The notes below the pieces were generated by a model. That model ran no database searches and had not been told where the DNA came from. It saw only the letters and a program-made list of their open reading frames with translations. Made by a program: the position numbers and the translations under genes. Source: Giardia intestinalis (lineage: Eukaryota). Taken from it: a DNA stretch of 64,000 nucleotides. The stretch lies in NCBI GenBank assembly GCA_000002435.2, contig CM018792.1; one strand, written 5' to 3'. Of this stretch, positions 47,421 to 57,555 are shown piece after piece (the first letter of the stretch is position 1; the number at the start of each line of letters is the position of its first letter).

Positions 47421-49718
47421 TTATTCAGATAACTTCTGCTCTATCGCAGCCTGCCGCACGTCATCATAAAATATTCTTACTTTCTTCCATGTGTCAAAGC
47501 GGGTGAACTCACAGTCGTTGAATAGCTCTGATAGATTGCACGTTTCCCATATTTCCTTGCAGTTCATGATACTATAGGGATAGCCCTGGTTGTAGCTAAG
47601 GTATGTGCGACGCTCAGCCGCGGTGTGTTGCTCATTTGTGTCCTCAGAAACCAAAATGTAAAAGTACGCGTTCTGGTCACCTGATTTCGGCCGTGATATC
47701 CTTCCCATTCGCTGGGCTTCTTGACGTCTGCTTCTTTCCTGCCAATCCAACTCGATAATTACATTGGCGTCAGGTAAGTCGAGGGATGTATCTCCAACGG
47801 ATGATAGCATGAGACAGCTGATCGTTCTGGTGGCAAACGCATTTACAAGGCACTCCCTCTCATCGTCACTGCAAGCGCCCATGATAAACGGGACATCGAA
47901 CATACGTGCGTACATCTTTGCCGCCATAATAGTATCGCAGAAGAGAAGCACTTGATCTCCCCGCCGGGTGTGGTACTCCTTCAGGTACCACGCAGTTTGG
48001 ACCTTGTACGGATTGAGGATCGTCAAGTACTTCATGTACGTCTTGCGTGTGATCATCACGTCGTTGACGCACACAGTAGTTCTGTCTTGATTGGTCGCCT
48101 GAGCTGTGTTTTGGTCTAGCCAGTCATCGTAAAAGATATGGTGCATTGGACAACGTATTTCAGCGCACTGCAATTTTGCGATAAAGCCGCGCTTTGCAAG
48201 ATCAGACCAGTTGGATTCGTAGAGCTTATTCCCGAGGAGATACAGATTTGTCATCTCGTCATCTTCTCGAAGAGGCGTCGCAGTGAGCCCTATTTTGCAG
48301 TATGACCGCAGGAAAAGATTTGCCTTGGTGTTAACATTGTCTGTAACAAACAAGGTCCTGTAGGTCTCTGCCATCACCTGATGCGCCTCATCAAACAAAA
48401 CAATCCCCCACATAAGTGAATGCACCTTGTTGAGCGTTTCTTTACTCTTAGCGCTCTTTGCATTAGTGAGCATCTGGTAGGTGCTTATGAATACGATATG
48501 GTACCCTGGGATAAACTCAGTCTCCTCGTCTTTGTTTGCCGAAAAAATATAGACACGATCGCTCTCGACTGTGGAGAATTGCAGAAACTGACTCTTCCAC
48601 TGTTTAGACGACAGATTTCCGTTAGTGACTACTATGCAGGAGTGCCCAAGACGACACGCACAAGCAACACCCAAGAGAGACTTTCCTGCGCCACATGGCA
48701 GAACGACTAACCCAGAATTACAGCGCTTAACGATCTGCGACGTGTCTAGCTGCACCTCAGATATGACTTTCTTTGAAGCATGGTCTTGGTAATCCCGTAG
48801 GTCGGTAGTGGGTTTTAGCTGTGCATTGATTTGAGGTGCTTTTACTTGGTATGCCTTTGCAAACTCCTCTTTGATCTTCTTAAGTTCGCACATTTCTGCC
48901 TCTGTATTGATCTCCGCGGCCATAAGAGACTGTAACCGCTGAACTTGCTCATTGCGAACGGCATCGATGCCCTCGTCAAGAAGAAGATATTCCTCTATGG
49001 TAATTAAAGAGCGCGTACCGCTCAGTGGGTCCCGCATTTCTTTTAGCTTCTTTCGAATACTAGTGAGTGCTTCGAGTGGAAAAAAGTATCGCTTCAATTT
49101 AGGAATGCTTGCGATCTTAAACGACTGTGTGTACCACAACGATTGGTCAGATTGCACACCTTGCTCGTGAGTCTTAAGCTCGCGTTTCTGCAGCTCCTCT
49201 GCAGTATCGTTCCGCTTTTTGCGCAGGAGCTCTTCGAAAAGCGTGTCAGCCACATTGTCAGAGGCATCCTCCAGAAGGTCCTTGATATCAGGGGTCAGGT
49301 CTAGGGTCTGGGGAACACGTAAAAGGAATCGGTTGCTGTCATAAATGGAAAAGCTAATGGTGCCTTGATTGTTAGCTAAGCGTCGCAGCGCAGAGAGAAG
49401 CGTGGGGGGAAGGCGGCGATACTTAGAGTAGTAGCCGAGCCGGATCTCTATCTCCGTTGCCGTGTATCCCAGAGAGAGACCTATGTGGAGTGACTCTTCT
49501 GTGATTCGATACTCGTGTACATAGGTCGGCCGTGTTTCGGCTTCTGCAAGGCTAACAAGGAAGTTGTAAGCCTCATCATACATCGGGGAAAACGTCTCCA
49601 AGAGTACAACATGATCGGCACTTAAAGCATTCGTTGAATAAGGAAAGACCGAAAGAGGCCTTTTGTGGTGATCGGGCTTTAGGTCTTCGAACGAGAGAGG
49701 AGCATCTTTGCTGCTCAT
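47421..49718 (-). CDS. XPB: TFIIH/NER helicase XPB (ERCC3/Rad25/Ssl2)
   Basis: Trimmed from a TTG start to the ATG. VVLPCGAGKSLLGV (motif I), FDEAH (motif II), GLTATPLREDD and the downstream helicase C-terminal motifs are collinear with XPB. Confidence 0.9.
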   Translation of the reverse strand: MSSKDAPLSFEDLKPDHHKRPLSVFPYSTNALSADHVVLLETFSPMYDEAYNFLVSLAEAETRPTYVHEYRITEESLHIGLSLGYTATEIEIRLGYYSKYRRLPPTLLSALRRLANNQGTISFSIYDSNRFLLRVPQTLDLTPDIKDLLEDASDNVADTLFEELLRKKRNDTAEELQKRELKTHEQGVQSDQSLWYTQSFKIASIPKLKRYFFPLEALTSIRKKLKEMRDPLSGTRSLITIEEYLLLDEGIDAVRNEQVQRLQSLMAAEINTEAEMCELKKIKEEFAKAYQVKAPQINAQLKPTTDLRDYQDHASKKVISEVQLDTSQIVKRCNSGLVVLPCGAGKSLLGVACACRLGHSCIVVTNGNLSSKQWKSQFLQFSTVESDRVYIFSANKDEETEFIPGYHIVFISTYQMLTNAKSAKSKETLNKVHSLMWGIVLFDEAHQVMAETYRTLFVTDNVNTKANLFLRSYCKIGLTATPLREDDEMTNLYLLGNKLYESNWSDLAKRGFIAKLQCAEIRCPMHHIFYDDWLDQNTAQATNQDRTTVCVNDVMITRKTYMKYLTILNPYKVQTAWYLKEYHTRRGDQVLLFCDTIMAAKMYARMFDVPFIMGACSDDERECLVNAFATRTISCLMLSSVGDTSLDLPDANVIIELDWQERSRRQEAQRMGRISRPKSGDQNAYFYILVSEDTNEQHTAAERRTYLSYNQGYPYSIMNCKEIWETCNLSELFNDCEFTRFDTWKKVRIFYDDVRQAAIEQKLSE

Positions 49719-49738
49719 CAAAAGCTTTTTAAAAAGAA
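49719..49738. promoter_or_regulatory. 20-bp AT-rich bidirectional initiator region between XPB (-) and SNU13 (+)
   Basis: The entire spacer is AAAGCTTTTTAAAAAGAA. Giardia promoters are short AT-rich elements abutting the start codon. Confidence 0.4.
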
Positions 49739-50107
49739 ATGCAAATTGACCCCAGAGCCATTCCGTTTGCCAATGAAGAGCTGTCGCTAGAGCTTTTGAA
49801 TTTAGTAAAGCACGGGGCTAGCTTACAGGCAATAAAGCGTGGGGCCAATGAGGCGTTAAAACAGGTGAATAGAGGAAAGGCAGAGCTTGTAATCATCGCT
49901 GCCGATGCAGATCCCATTGAAATAGTTTTGCACTTACCACTTGCATGTGAAGATAAGGGGGTACCATATGTTTTTATCGGGTCAAAGAACGCGCTTGGAC
50001 GTGCCTGCAATGTATCTGTCCCTACCATAGTGGCCAGCATTGGTAAGCACGATGCTCTCGGCAATGTGGTGGCAGAGATAGTAGGGAAAGTGGAGGCACT
50101 GGTATGA
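49739..50107 (+). CDS. SNU13: L7Ae family protein (Snu13/NHP2-like 15.5K)
   Basis: KRGANEALKQVNRG...AADADPIEIVLHLPLACEDKGVPYVF aligns along its length with 15.5K/Snu13. Confidence 0.9.
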   Translation: MQIDPRAIPFANEELSLELLNLVKHGASLQAIKRGANEALKQVNRGKAELVIIAADADPIEIVLHLPLACEDKGVPYVFIGSKNALGRACNVSVPTIVASIGKHDALGNVVAEIVGKVEALV

Positions 50108-50146
50108 CGGGAGTGCGTTTACAGTGCAAGCATCACTAGTAAATGC

Positions 50147-53100
50147 TCACCGGTACATGCTACACACTACTAGTATTTGGAGTGCACTATATACGAAGGC
50201 TAGGTTCTGCAGGCATGCATTTCTAGACAAGTCGGCTTCCAAATTCTTAAGGCCGAGACAAGCTGCGACATGCCGGCCAGAAAGCCCAGACGCCAACAAT
50301 CCGTTAATTCTATCGATGAGGTCACGAAAAGGCACGTCCTTTAAAGAGATCACTTCGCCGTGTTGAGAATTAGGAACTGAGACCGTTGATGAGTCCGGAA
50401 TGCCTTGCTTAGCTACGATGACTGCTATCTTCGGGAACGAACCACACGTGGCTTTCAGGCTGTCGAAGAAGGAGCAAACTCCGCCCGGAAGTAACCTGAG
50501 TAGAGTGACGCAGGATGGATGAAGACCTATGGCCCGAACCATGAGTTCAAGAAGCTCCTGCTGATCAGCTGTTAAATCTGTAGCTGTATTGGCATCATTA
50601 CTACGTAAATATGCCACAGGGTCAACGTATTCTAAACTTAAACCTAATAGCTCAAAGAGGTTCTCTGGCAAGTAGGCTAAGATATCTTCCAAAATACGTG
50701 TGGATAGAAGCTGATGAAAAATGGGGTATTGAAGACACATCTCCAGGTACAGCTTGTTCGAAAAGGTGTGGCAGATTGATGCCCCTGTGCACGCTATCAA
50801 CAGAAGCAATAAATCACCAGCCGGAAGATGTGATAAAAAGCACTGTACTAGCAGCGCAAATGAGATTGCGACAGGTGTATAGTCAGCGTCCTCCAAACCT
50901 ACGACGTAGCGGGCCTGACCTAATTCAGAAATAGCAGTCAACAGAAGAGACAGCTCATGTGGAAGGTAAAAGCCAGGAAAGAGTAGACACTTCAATGACA
51001 GGCTTTGCTGCTGGTGAAACGCAAGCAGGGTAGGGTCAACGAAATTGAGGTTCCACTGTGGCGCAGGATAGGGTTGTGAACACTGGGCAAAGTGTTTGAA
51101 AACAAACGAGGGAAGATCAGCCTTATGTAATGACTGGAGGGAGTCCAAGACTACGGCAAGACTCAGGATATCGTCGCTTGCAACAGGATGGTCCTCGTTA
51201 CTTGGGAAAGAGCTTGGTGTAACACTGTTCTCCTCTAAAGTGGTGCTGCCTACATCGTCTCGGCGGCTCTCTATTTTAGAGTCTACCTCCTCCGCAGTAT
51301 TATCTGAGGAATGCTGCATGATTAGGTCTCCACCAAAGACATAAGGTTCTTCTTGGATATCTCTAGGCAACACAGACGCATCTTTCTTGGAGGGAGATTT
51401 AGCCCAAAGGGGAGAGAAATCCAAGGTTGAAAGGTCTGCATCAAAAAGAGTTATCAATCGTAGCATAAGGGCGCGCAGAACTGCGCTTCTTACACAGTCC
51501 TTGAATGTAAAGTCAACAGCAACTGGAAGCAAGCTCTGTGAAAAGAGGTCTAGTATGCCAAGTGAGCACGACTTGTATGTGCGCTGGACACGAAGCTCTA
51601 GCTCGTCTGCCAGCCGATTGGATTCAGCAATGTACTTGCGTATGTATGCAAAGTCAATTGAGTTAAAAAGCTGATTGTTATGAAGATACTTGTCTGGGAG
51701 GACTTTTGAGGTGAGTATTTTCTCTATTACTGATATGTTCCCGTGAGCACGACATATAACCATGTTGTACACTACACGATAAAGAAGATAGATGGCGAGA
51801 TTTTCTTCGCGGATGGGATCTAGAGTATAAATGCTTTTGTGTCGCAGATAGATGCATGTCCATGACTGCTGTACTTCCTTGAGAACTGACCACCTTGAAG
51901 AAATGTCTTCAAGGGGTACACTGTCTTTATTTGCTGGGGCTGATTGTGCCTGTGATATGCGATAAGCAAAGCGAGCAGAGGCTTTATTGGAACCATCAAG
52001 GGGGAGGGGTAGAGGAACGATCAAGGTCTTGGCAGCACTTACTGCATAAATACAGGATTCCACATCATGTGGTCCTGCTGTCTGTTTATAGAACTTAACG
52101 TCAGGTAGCAAGCTCTGCAAATATTTCACAACATAAGGGAGGTCTGAAGAAGGGATACTCTTTGAAATAATTGGCTTTGTAGAGTCTTGTTCATATGCAC
52201 GTAAAAGAACTGTTAGATTATAAAAGTAGAATATGACAGGGTGAGAGCTGTGTAAGATATGCACGAGCTGATCAAGCTTGCGTGTCGGGACTCCTCTTTG
52301 AATGGCCCACTGTGCCTCTTCGCGCATAAATTGGGTGTAGAAAATCTGGAGTGTGCGTGTAAGGATGAGCTTAGTAAGGTCTTGAGCATTTTTTGCAGCC
52401 TCCGGTGAAATTACTGCATCTTCCTCGAAGACGGAATCTAATTCAAAAGTGTCCACACAATCTTTGTAATTCATATGCGTGATAAAGAACATATCCAAGA
52501 CATCTACCTTTAGTTGACCCGATGCTAAAAACCTAGCAAAACTGTCAACTACAAGAAGGAACATACGCCATGACGGGGTGTGAGACAAGCGTGCCGTCAT
52601 TCTCGAGAATGTTGTCGACGGGTCTGACATCAGTGGTTCTGGGGTATTAACGTACAGTTGATAGTCAGCGATAACCCGTAAATACACCATGAAAGATATA
52701 GCTATGTGCAAGAGCAACTTAACCAGTACTTTGGAGTGTGCTGGTAGGCGAGAAAGCACGCCGCGAACAATCAACGTTGAAAAATACCTGCTGGCATTTG
52801 CTGGAATAGCTAGAGGCTGAGATTGGGGAGATTGCTTAAAATAAATCTTTTCTTTAAAGATCTCTAGATTGAAGATGTCATTTAGTTGAGCTTCGAAGAT
52901 ATCATCTAGCTGCTCGGGACTCTTGTTCTGGCAGTTGCTGACCTCTTTCAGACACTGCTCATAGAATTGCATGAATCTATTATAGATTGCAGAATAGACC
53001 AGCCCCTTGTTAACGTCTCGAACTATTATATAATCCAGTACATGCCTTATGAGGATGTATATCGACTGGTCCCAGTGGAGGCCTGGAGCCGAGGATGGAC

Positions 53101-54721
53101 TTAAAAACGTTAACATCTCATAAGGAACATATGAATATGCGCATGTTCTCCTCTTCGTTGCAGTAGAAGAAGGTTGTGGGCCCACTAAATAGATGCTTTC
53201 AAGGAGCACTCGAATGAAGATGACTTCCGACGAGAGAGGGAGGATGGAGCGTTGCACAACAGTTAGCTGTGTCTGTAGGTCGCGTCCTATTATGTTCTTA
53301 ACAGGCGGAAAGGCCTCAATGACATCTTTGTACGGGCTTTGATTGATGAATGGATTCTTCTCTAGGAATTCTAACAGCTCGTGGGTCATGACAGCGTCGG
53401 CAGCTGCTCCGCGCCAATAGTAACCGGAAATCATAACAATGTTAGTATCCCTCTCTGCTTCTGCTTCTGCTTCTGCCGCTTCCTCAACCTCTGTTTCTGC
53501 CCTCAGTCTTACTTCAGTTCCCAGATCAGTAGTCACGCAGTTGGTAAGACACAGAGCTGCGTAGTCCTCAAGCGTAAGCGGTGATAGTGTCGCCAACGTA
53601 GGAGATGACCAGTCAGCAATGGAGGAATACTCATTGAAAATGCCCGAACTAAGAAACCAGATAAAGAGGGGATGTATAGACGTGTGTAGCTCATCGATGG
53701 GTGGCACAGAAAATGTGATATTCTGTATCATGTACATAATTAGCTTAGAGAAGAGGGCGTCGACATTCGAGGCACGGATTGTTGAAAGCTGGCCAGTCTG
53801 AAGCGAACTGAGTGGTAAGGTGGGGGGTAGACTAAAGAGCCAGTCCAAATATGCTAGCGATAGAATAAATTCATCTCCAATGGAGCACACAGGTTGAGCA
53901 TCGAGAACGGCCATCTCCGCTGACAGAAAGAGTCTGTTGAGCTCTGTATGAGAATTAGAGCGTAGAATGCTTTTCTGGATAAATGGTAATAGCTTTTCGG
54001 TTAGGTTATCAAGTAGATTTCTGCCCGAGTTGATACGTGAAAACAAATCCATCACAAAGCTCTTCTCTTTTGGCCTTTTGGACACAGGTAGTTCTTCCAG
54101 TGCTTTTTCAATGATATAAACCTCATAAATTTCCTGATAAAGGGGAAGCATGTGGCCCATATCACGGAGAGACTTAACTCCTTTCAGATTGATGTGGAGA
54201 TCTTCCTCGTAAAGCACACTTAAGACATCATCTGATCGCACACTGTATAAGAAATCTTTGTGAGACTTTGGGAGCCTCTTATAGTAGGTGAGGAGTAGCT
54301 TTTCTGAATAGTAGAAGGTGCCCCAGTCAGAAAGCTCACCAGAGGGGGTCCCCAATTCATTAGTTTGGAGCATCATGCCATCATCGAAATGCGCATTTAT
54401 CGGTGAAAACTCTGGCTTTTCTCCGCCAACAACTGTCCTCATCAGATGTTTAAACCATTTTCTAAATGATATCTCGTACATGGTGTCACTAGTTAAGGAA
54501 CGCATGGGGAGCTTCATATCCGTATCATGAAGATGCTGAGATCCACTAAGAACAGATTTGTCCAGTTCAACTAGGTTATTAAAAATGAGGTCGGCTGCAA
54601 TCTTTTTTAGCTTGGGGCTTGGCAACCTATCTACTTGCTCTGGTTCTGATGCTACTATATTGAGCTGAGGGTTATCTAAGGGAGTACTAGAGGGCACAGC
54701 TATCGGGGAGTCTGGGTTCAT
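50147..54721 (-). CDS. Large hypothetical protein, 1524 aa, helical-repeat-like
   Basis: ATG start with an uninterrupted 4.6-kb frame. Contains an in-frame (GCTTCT)n microsatellite encoding EAEAEA. Confidence 0.82.
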   Translation of the reverse strand: MNPDSPIAVPSSTPLDNPQLNIVASEPEQVDRLPSPKLKKIAADLIFNNLVELDKSVLSGSQHLHDTDMKLPMRSLTSDTMYEISFRKWFKHLMRTVVGGEKPEFSPINAHFDDGMMLQTNELGTPSGELSDWGTFYYSEKLLLTYYKRLPKSHKDFLYSVRSDDVLSVLYEEDLHINLKGVKSLRDMGHMLPLYQEIYEVYIIEKALEELPVSKRPKEKSFVMDLFSRINSGRNLLDNLTEKLLPFIQKSILRSNSHTELNRLFLSAEMAVLDAQPVCSIGDEFILSLAYLDWLFSLPPTLPLSSLQTGQLSTIRASNVDALFSKLIMYMIQNITFSVPPIDELHTSIHPLFIWFLSSGIFNEYSSIADWSSPTLATLSPLTLEDYAALCLTNCVTTDLGTEVRLRAETEVEEAAEAEAEAERDTNIVMISGYYWRGAAADAVMTHELLEFLEKNPFINQSPYKDVIEAFPPVKNIIGRDLQTQLTVVQRSILPLSSEVIFIRVLLESIYLVGPQPSSTATKRRTCAYSYVPYEMLTFLSPSSAPGLHWDQSIYILIRHVLDYIIVRDVNKGLVYSAIYNRFMQFYEQCLKEVSNCQNKSPEQLDDIFEAQLNDIFNLEIFKEKIYFKQSPQSQPLAIPANASRYFSTLIVRGVLSRLPAHSKVLVKLLLHIAISFMVYLRVIADYQLYVNTPEPLMSDPSTTFSRMTARLSHTPSWRMFLLVVDSFARFLASGQLKVDVLDMFFITHMNYKDCVDTFELDSVFEEDAVISPEAAKNAQDLTKLILTRTLQIFYTQFMREEAQWAIQRGVPTRKLDQLVHILHSSHPVIFYFYNLTVLLRAYEQDSTKPIISKSIPSSDLPYVVKYLQSLLPDVKFYKQTAGPHDVESCIYAVSAAKTLIVPLPLPLDGSNKASARFAYRISQAQSAPANKDSVPLEDISSRWSVLKEVQQSWTCIYLRHKSIYTLDPIREENLAIYLLYRVVYNMVICRAHGNISVIEKILTSKVLPDKYLHNNQLFNSIDFAYIRKYIAESNRLADELELRVQRTYKSCSLGILDLFSQSLLPVAVDFTFKDCVRSAVLRALMLRLITLFDADLSTLDFSPLWAKSPSKKDASVLPRDIQEEPYVFGGDLIMQHSSDNTAEEVDSKIESRRDDVGSTTLEENSVTPSSFPSNEDHPVASDDILSLAVVLDSLQSLHKADLPSFVFKHFAQCSQPYPAPQWNLNFVDPTLLAFHQQQSLSLKCLLFPGFYLPHELSLLLTAISELGQARYVVGLEDADYTPVAISFALLVQCFLSHLPAGDLLLLLIACTGASICHTFSNKLYLEMCLQYPIFHQLLSTRILEDILAYLPENLFELLGLSLEYVDPVAYLRSNDANTATDLTADQQELLELMVRAIGLHPSCVTLLRLLPGGVCSFFDSLKATCGSFPKIAVIVAKQGIPDSSTVSVPNSQHGEVISLKDVPFRDLIDRINGLLASGLSGRHVAACLGLKNLEADLSRNACLQNLAFVYSALQILVVCSMYR

Positions 54722-54727
54722 TTTTTG

Positions 54728-55237
54728 ATGGGCACCTTTGATACTTGCTACGGAGACTTACTGGACTATGCTGCCAAGGGATGTTTTGATGTGATTGTTC
54801 ACGGGTGCAATTGCTTCTGTACAATGGGCGGTGGAATCGCAGCCTCTATTAGTTCCCGCTTTCCGGCTGCACTGAAGGCCGACAGTGAGACTGCTGAGGG
54901 GGATAGGAGCAAGCTGGGATCATATACTTCGGCCACCGTTGCTATAGGCTCCACAACAAAGACAAATCGAATGGCTCTTACCGTCGTGAATGCTTATACG
55001 CAATACATGTACAGGCCAACCAGAGAAACGCCCATTCCATGCGACTATGATGCAATTGATAAGGTAATGGCGCGCATCAATCAAGATTTTGCCGGAAAGT
55101 CCATCGGTCTACCACAGTTAGGGGCAGGGCTCGCGGGTGGCGACTGGAAGACAATTGAGGAAATTATTAGGAAGCGATTGCATTCCTGTCACATAACTAT
55201 TGTGTTGTTTAAAGCGTCGCAGACGCCCTCTGAGTGA
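54728..55237 (+). CDS. Macro-domain (ADP-ribose binding/processing) protein, 169 aa
   Basis: Trimmed to the ATG. DVIVHGCNCFCTMGGGIAASI resembles the macro-domain DAIVNAAN...GGGV core. Confidence 0.65.
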   Translation: MGTFDTCYGDLLDYAAKGCFDVIVHGCNCFCTMGGGIAASISSRFPAALKADSETAEGDRSKLGSYTSATVAIGSTTKTNRMALTVVNAYTQYMYRPTRETPIPCDYDAIDKVMARINQDFAGKSIGLPQLGAGLAGGDWKTIEEIIRKRLHSCHITIVLFKASQTPSE

Positions 55238-55304
55238 ACTTCTGCTGAGTTTCTGGTTTGAAGAATTCAAAAAGTTTAGCTTTGATCGGTACTTGTACTT
55301 TCCA

Positions 55305-57353
55305 ATGGGCAACCTTACTCTCGATGACTGGTTCGATGCAGTTACCAATGCAGATATCTTCAAGATCAATGTCATGTTTGGTAAGTACGCTTGTAGCCGT
55401 GACGCTAATGGAGACACTGCACTTCTGCGGGCTGTCCGGGCAGGAAATGAGACGCTTGTGAAACTATTGTTAGCAAAGGAGGGTGAGATGGTCGATAAGA
55501 ACGGCTTTGGCGCTTTACTTTTGGCTGCGCAGCTGGACCGCGCCCGCATAGCGATTCTTTTAGCGAAAGTAATACCTGACCAGACAACACCGGATGGGAT
55601 GAATGCGTTAATGGTTGCTGCAGCCAATTCATCCATGAACACTGCTCAGGCCATTCTGCCGCATTTCGCCAACGTAGCAGATGACAATGGTTTGTTTGCC
55701 GTGAACCACGCAGTATCATCCGGCTCTCTGGAGATGGTTAAGCTTATCTGCAAGCGGTTTCCCCCAGCAGGTGATGCTCTACACAGAGCACTTAATCTTG
55801 CACGTACAGCGGCATACATTGAAATTACACACTACTTAGAAGGATTTGTACAATCAAGTACAGCCTCGTCTATCGGCCCCAGTGTTTGCTTGTCATCTAG
55901 CAATGTCTCAATGCCATTTGGGACCGTTATCAACGGGGTATATGATGCAAGTCAACCCAGTGTAATTAATGATATGAGAGACCAGTTGAATCACATGAAC
56001 GTCAGCATTTCCAGACTTGCCGAGCCGAACTCTGTCTCAGAAAGCTCTCTACTATCCACTCTTCTTCTCTCGACTGGTGGTGCACCCGTGGATGCGTGGG
56101 CCTCTCTCAACACTGCTCCACAGTTTCTGGATGCACTCACTGGCGCAGCTGTGCTTACCACTGATAATGGGACAGTCATAACAGCGGGGGAGCTCTTAAA
56201 GGAGCTAAATTCACTGCATATGGAGCTCGAAAAAAAGGACCTGGCACTAGCACGACAGGGTATGGAGGTAGAGTCTCTACGAGAGCAGCTTAATCAACTT
56301 GCGACCAAAACGGGGTCCGCTGACCTTTCAGAGTTTTTGTCGCACTTTGACCAGAGACTTTTTCAGGAGTCTGCTGAAGGAACGCTTCCATTGTCAACTG
56401 AACAAGAACTTTTATCGGAACTGAAGCAGCACATTAATAGTCTTGCAGTGTCAGCTGACTCATTGGCCTTGAAGTACGTATCAACTAAGCTTCCGGGTCA
56501 TATGAAGGAAGAATCCAATCAGGAGCTTGATAAAGATATGCACGAGCTCAACCAGCACACAGCAGAAGCCTTAGAGGCCATCGATATGTTGCAGTGTAGT
56601 CCTGGTTCCAGACACGGTAGCTCCCTGCTTGGTATCGATGGAACTTGTCTTAGAGCCTCCGGGCTTACACCTCTCATGCGAGCAGTTATTTCTGGTAAAG
56701 ATCTCGACCCGATAAAAATGCAAGAGTTTGCAGGAAAGGTCACTAGCGACGGAACCACTGCACTCATGCTTGCCGTGCAGTGTGGCAACATAGGCGCTGT
56801 GACAGCGTTAGCTTCCTTAGAAGCAGGCATGGTGCGTGCAGATAAAAAGACTGCTCTGGCGTTAGCTATTCAGAATGACTTCTATGAAGCAATCAAAATA
56901 CTTCTGCCTTTGGAAGGCATAGACATTTCGCAAAACAATGTAATAGCGACTGATAACCAGAAGAATCCACTGACGCTTGCTGCAGAGCAAGGGGACATTA
57001 TAGCAGTCTATTGCTATCGAAGCCTATTCGCTCGTCTGCACGATGAGTATGGTCAGACAGCTCTCATGCATGCAGCCAGTGTCGGAGAAGAGAGGGTAAT
57101 AGATTTGCTTATTGACTATGAGTGCGGAATGCAGACACCAGAGGGCATCACTGCACTGATGTTAGCTGCTCAGCGCGGGCACATCGGCTGTGTCGAAAGG
57201 CTTCTTCCGCATGAGCGTAATTTGCGTGACAATAATGGTAATACTGCTTTACACTACGCCACGAAGTTGGCTCAGTATGACAGGACAGACGCTGAGCTAC
57301 ACAGTTCCTTAGTGAGTCTCCTGAGCGAGAATACTGATTCCACCGTAAATTAG
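55305..57353 (+). CDS. Ankyrin-repeat protein (Giardia protein 21.1-like) with central coiled coil
   Basis: Track ORF starts at TTG at 55200, so I trimmed to the first ATG (MGNLTLDDW...). Ankyrin repeats GDTALLRAVRAGNETLVKLLL and multiple TALM..A units. Confidence 0.82.
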   Translation: MGNLTLDDWFDAVTNADIFKINVMFGKYACSRDANGDTALLRAVRAGNETLVKLLLAKEGEMVDKNGFGALLLAAQLDRARIAILLAKVIPDQTTPDGMNALMVAAANSSMNTAQAILPHFANVADDNGLFAVNHAVSSGSLEMVKLICKRFPPAGDALHRALNLARTAAYIEITHYLEGFVQSSTASSIGPSVCLSSSNVSMPFGTVINGVYDASQPSVINDMRDQLNHMNVSISRLAEPNSVSESSLLSTLLLSTGGAPVDAWASLNTAPQFLDALTGAAVLTTDNGTVITAGELLKELNSLHMELEKKDLALARQGMEVESLREQLNQLATKTGSADLSEFLSHFDQRLFQESAEGTLPLSTEQELLSELKQHINSLAVSADSLALKYVSTKLPGHMKEESNQELDKDMHELNQHTAEALEAIDMLQCSPGSRHGSSLLGIDGTCLRASGLTPLMRAVISGKDLDPIKMQEFAGKVTSDGTTALMLAVQCGNIGAVTALASLEAGMVRADKKTALALAIQNDFYEAIKILLPLEGIDISQNNVIATDNQKNPLTLAAEQGDIIAVYCYRSLFARLHDEYGQTALMHAASVGEERVIDLLIDYECGMQTPEGITALMLAAQRGHIGCVERLLPHERNLRDNNGNTALHYATKLAQYDRTDAELHSSLVSLLSENTDSTVN

Positions 57354-57555
57354 CGACATCACTTGCATTTTCACATTCATGTAAACTGTCCTAGGTAGTG
57401 AAGGAAGAAGTTCGCATGGACGGTAGCTAGGACTATGTGCTGAGGGGTCTGACTACTCAGGGTGCTTTTCTGATCCTCTCGTCCATCAACGATGCGGCAG
57501 CCACCCTTCCTACCCTTTGCTTCCCGAGAGAAAATTCAAAAATACAACAATTCGC

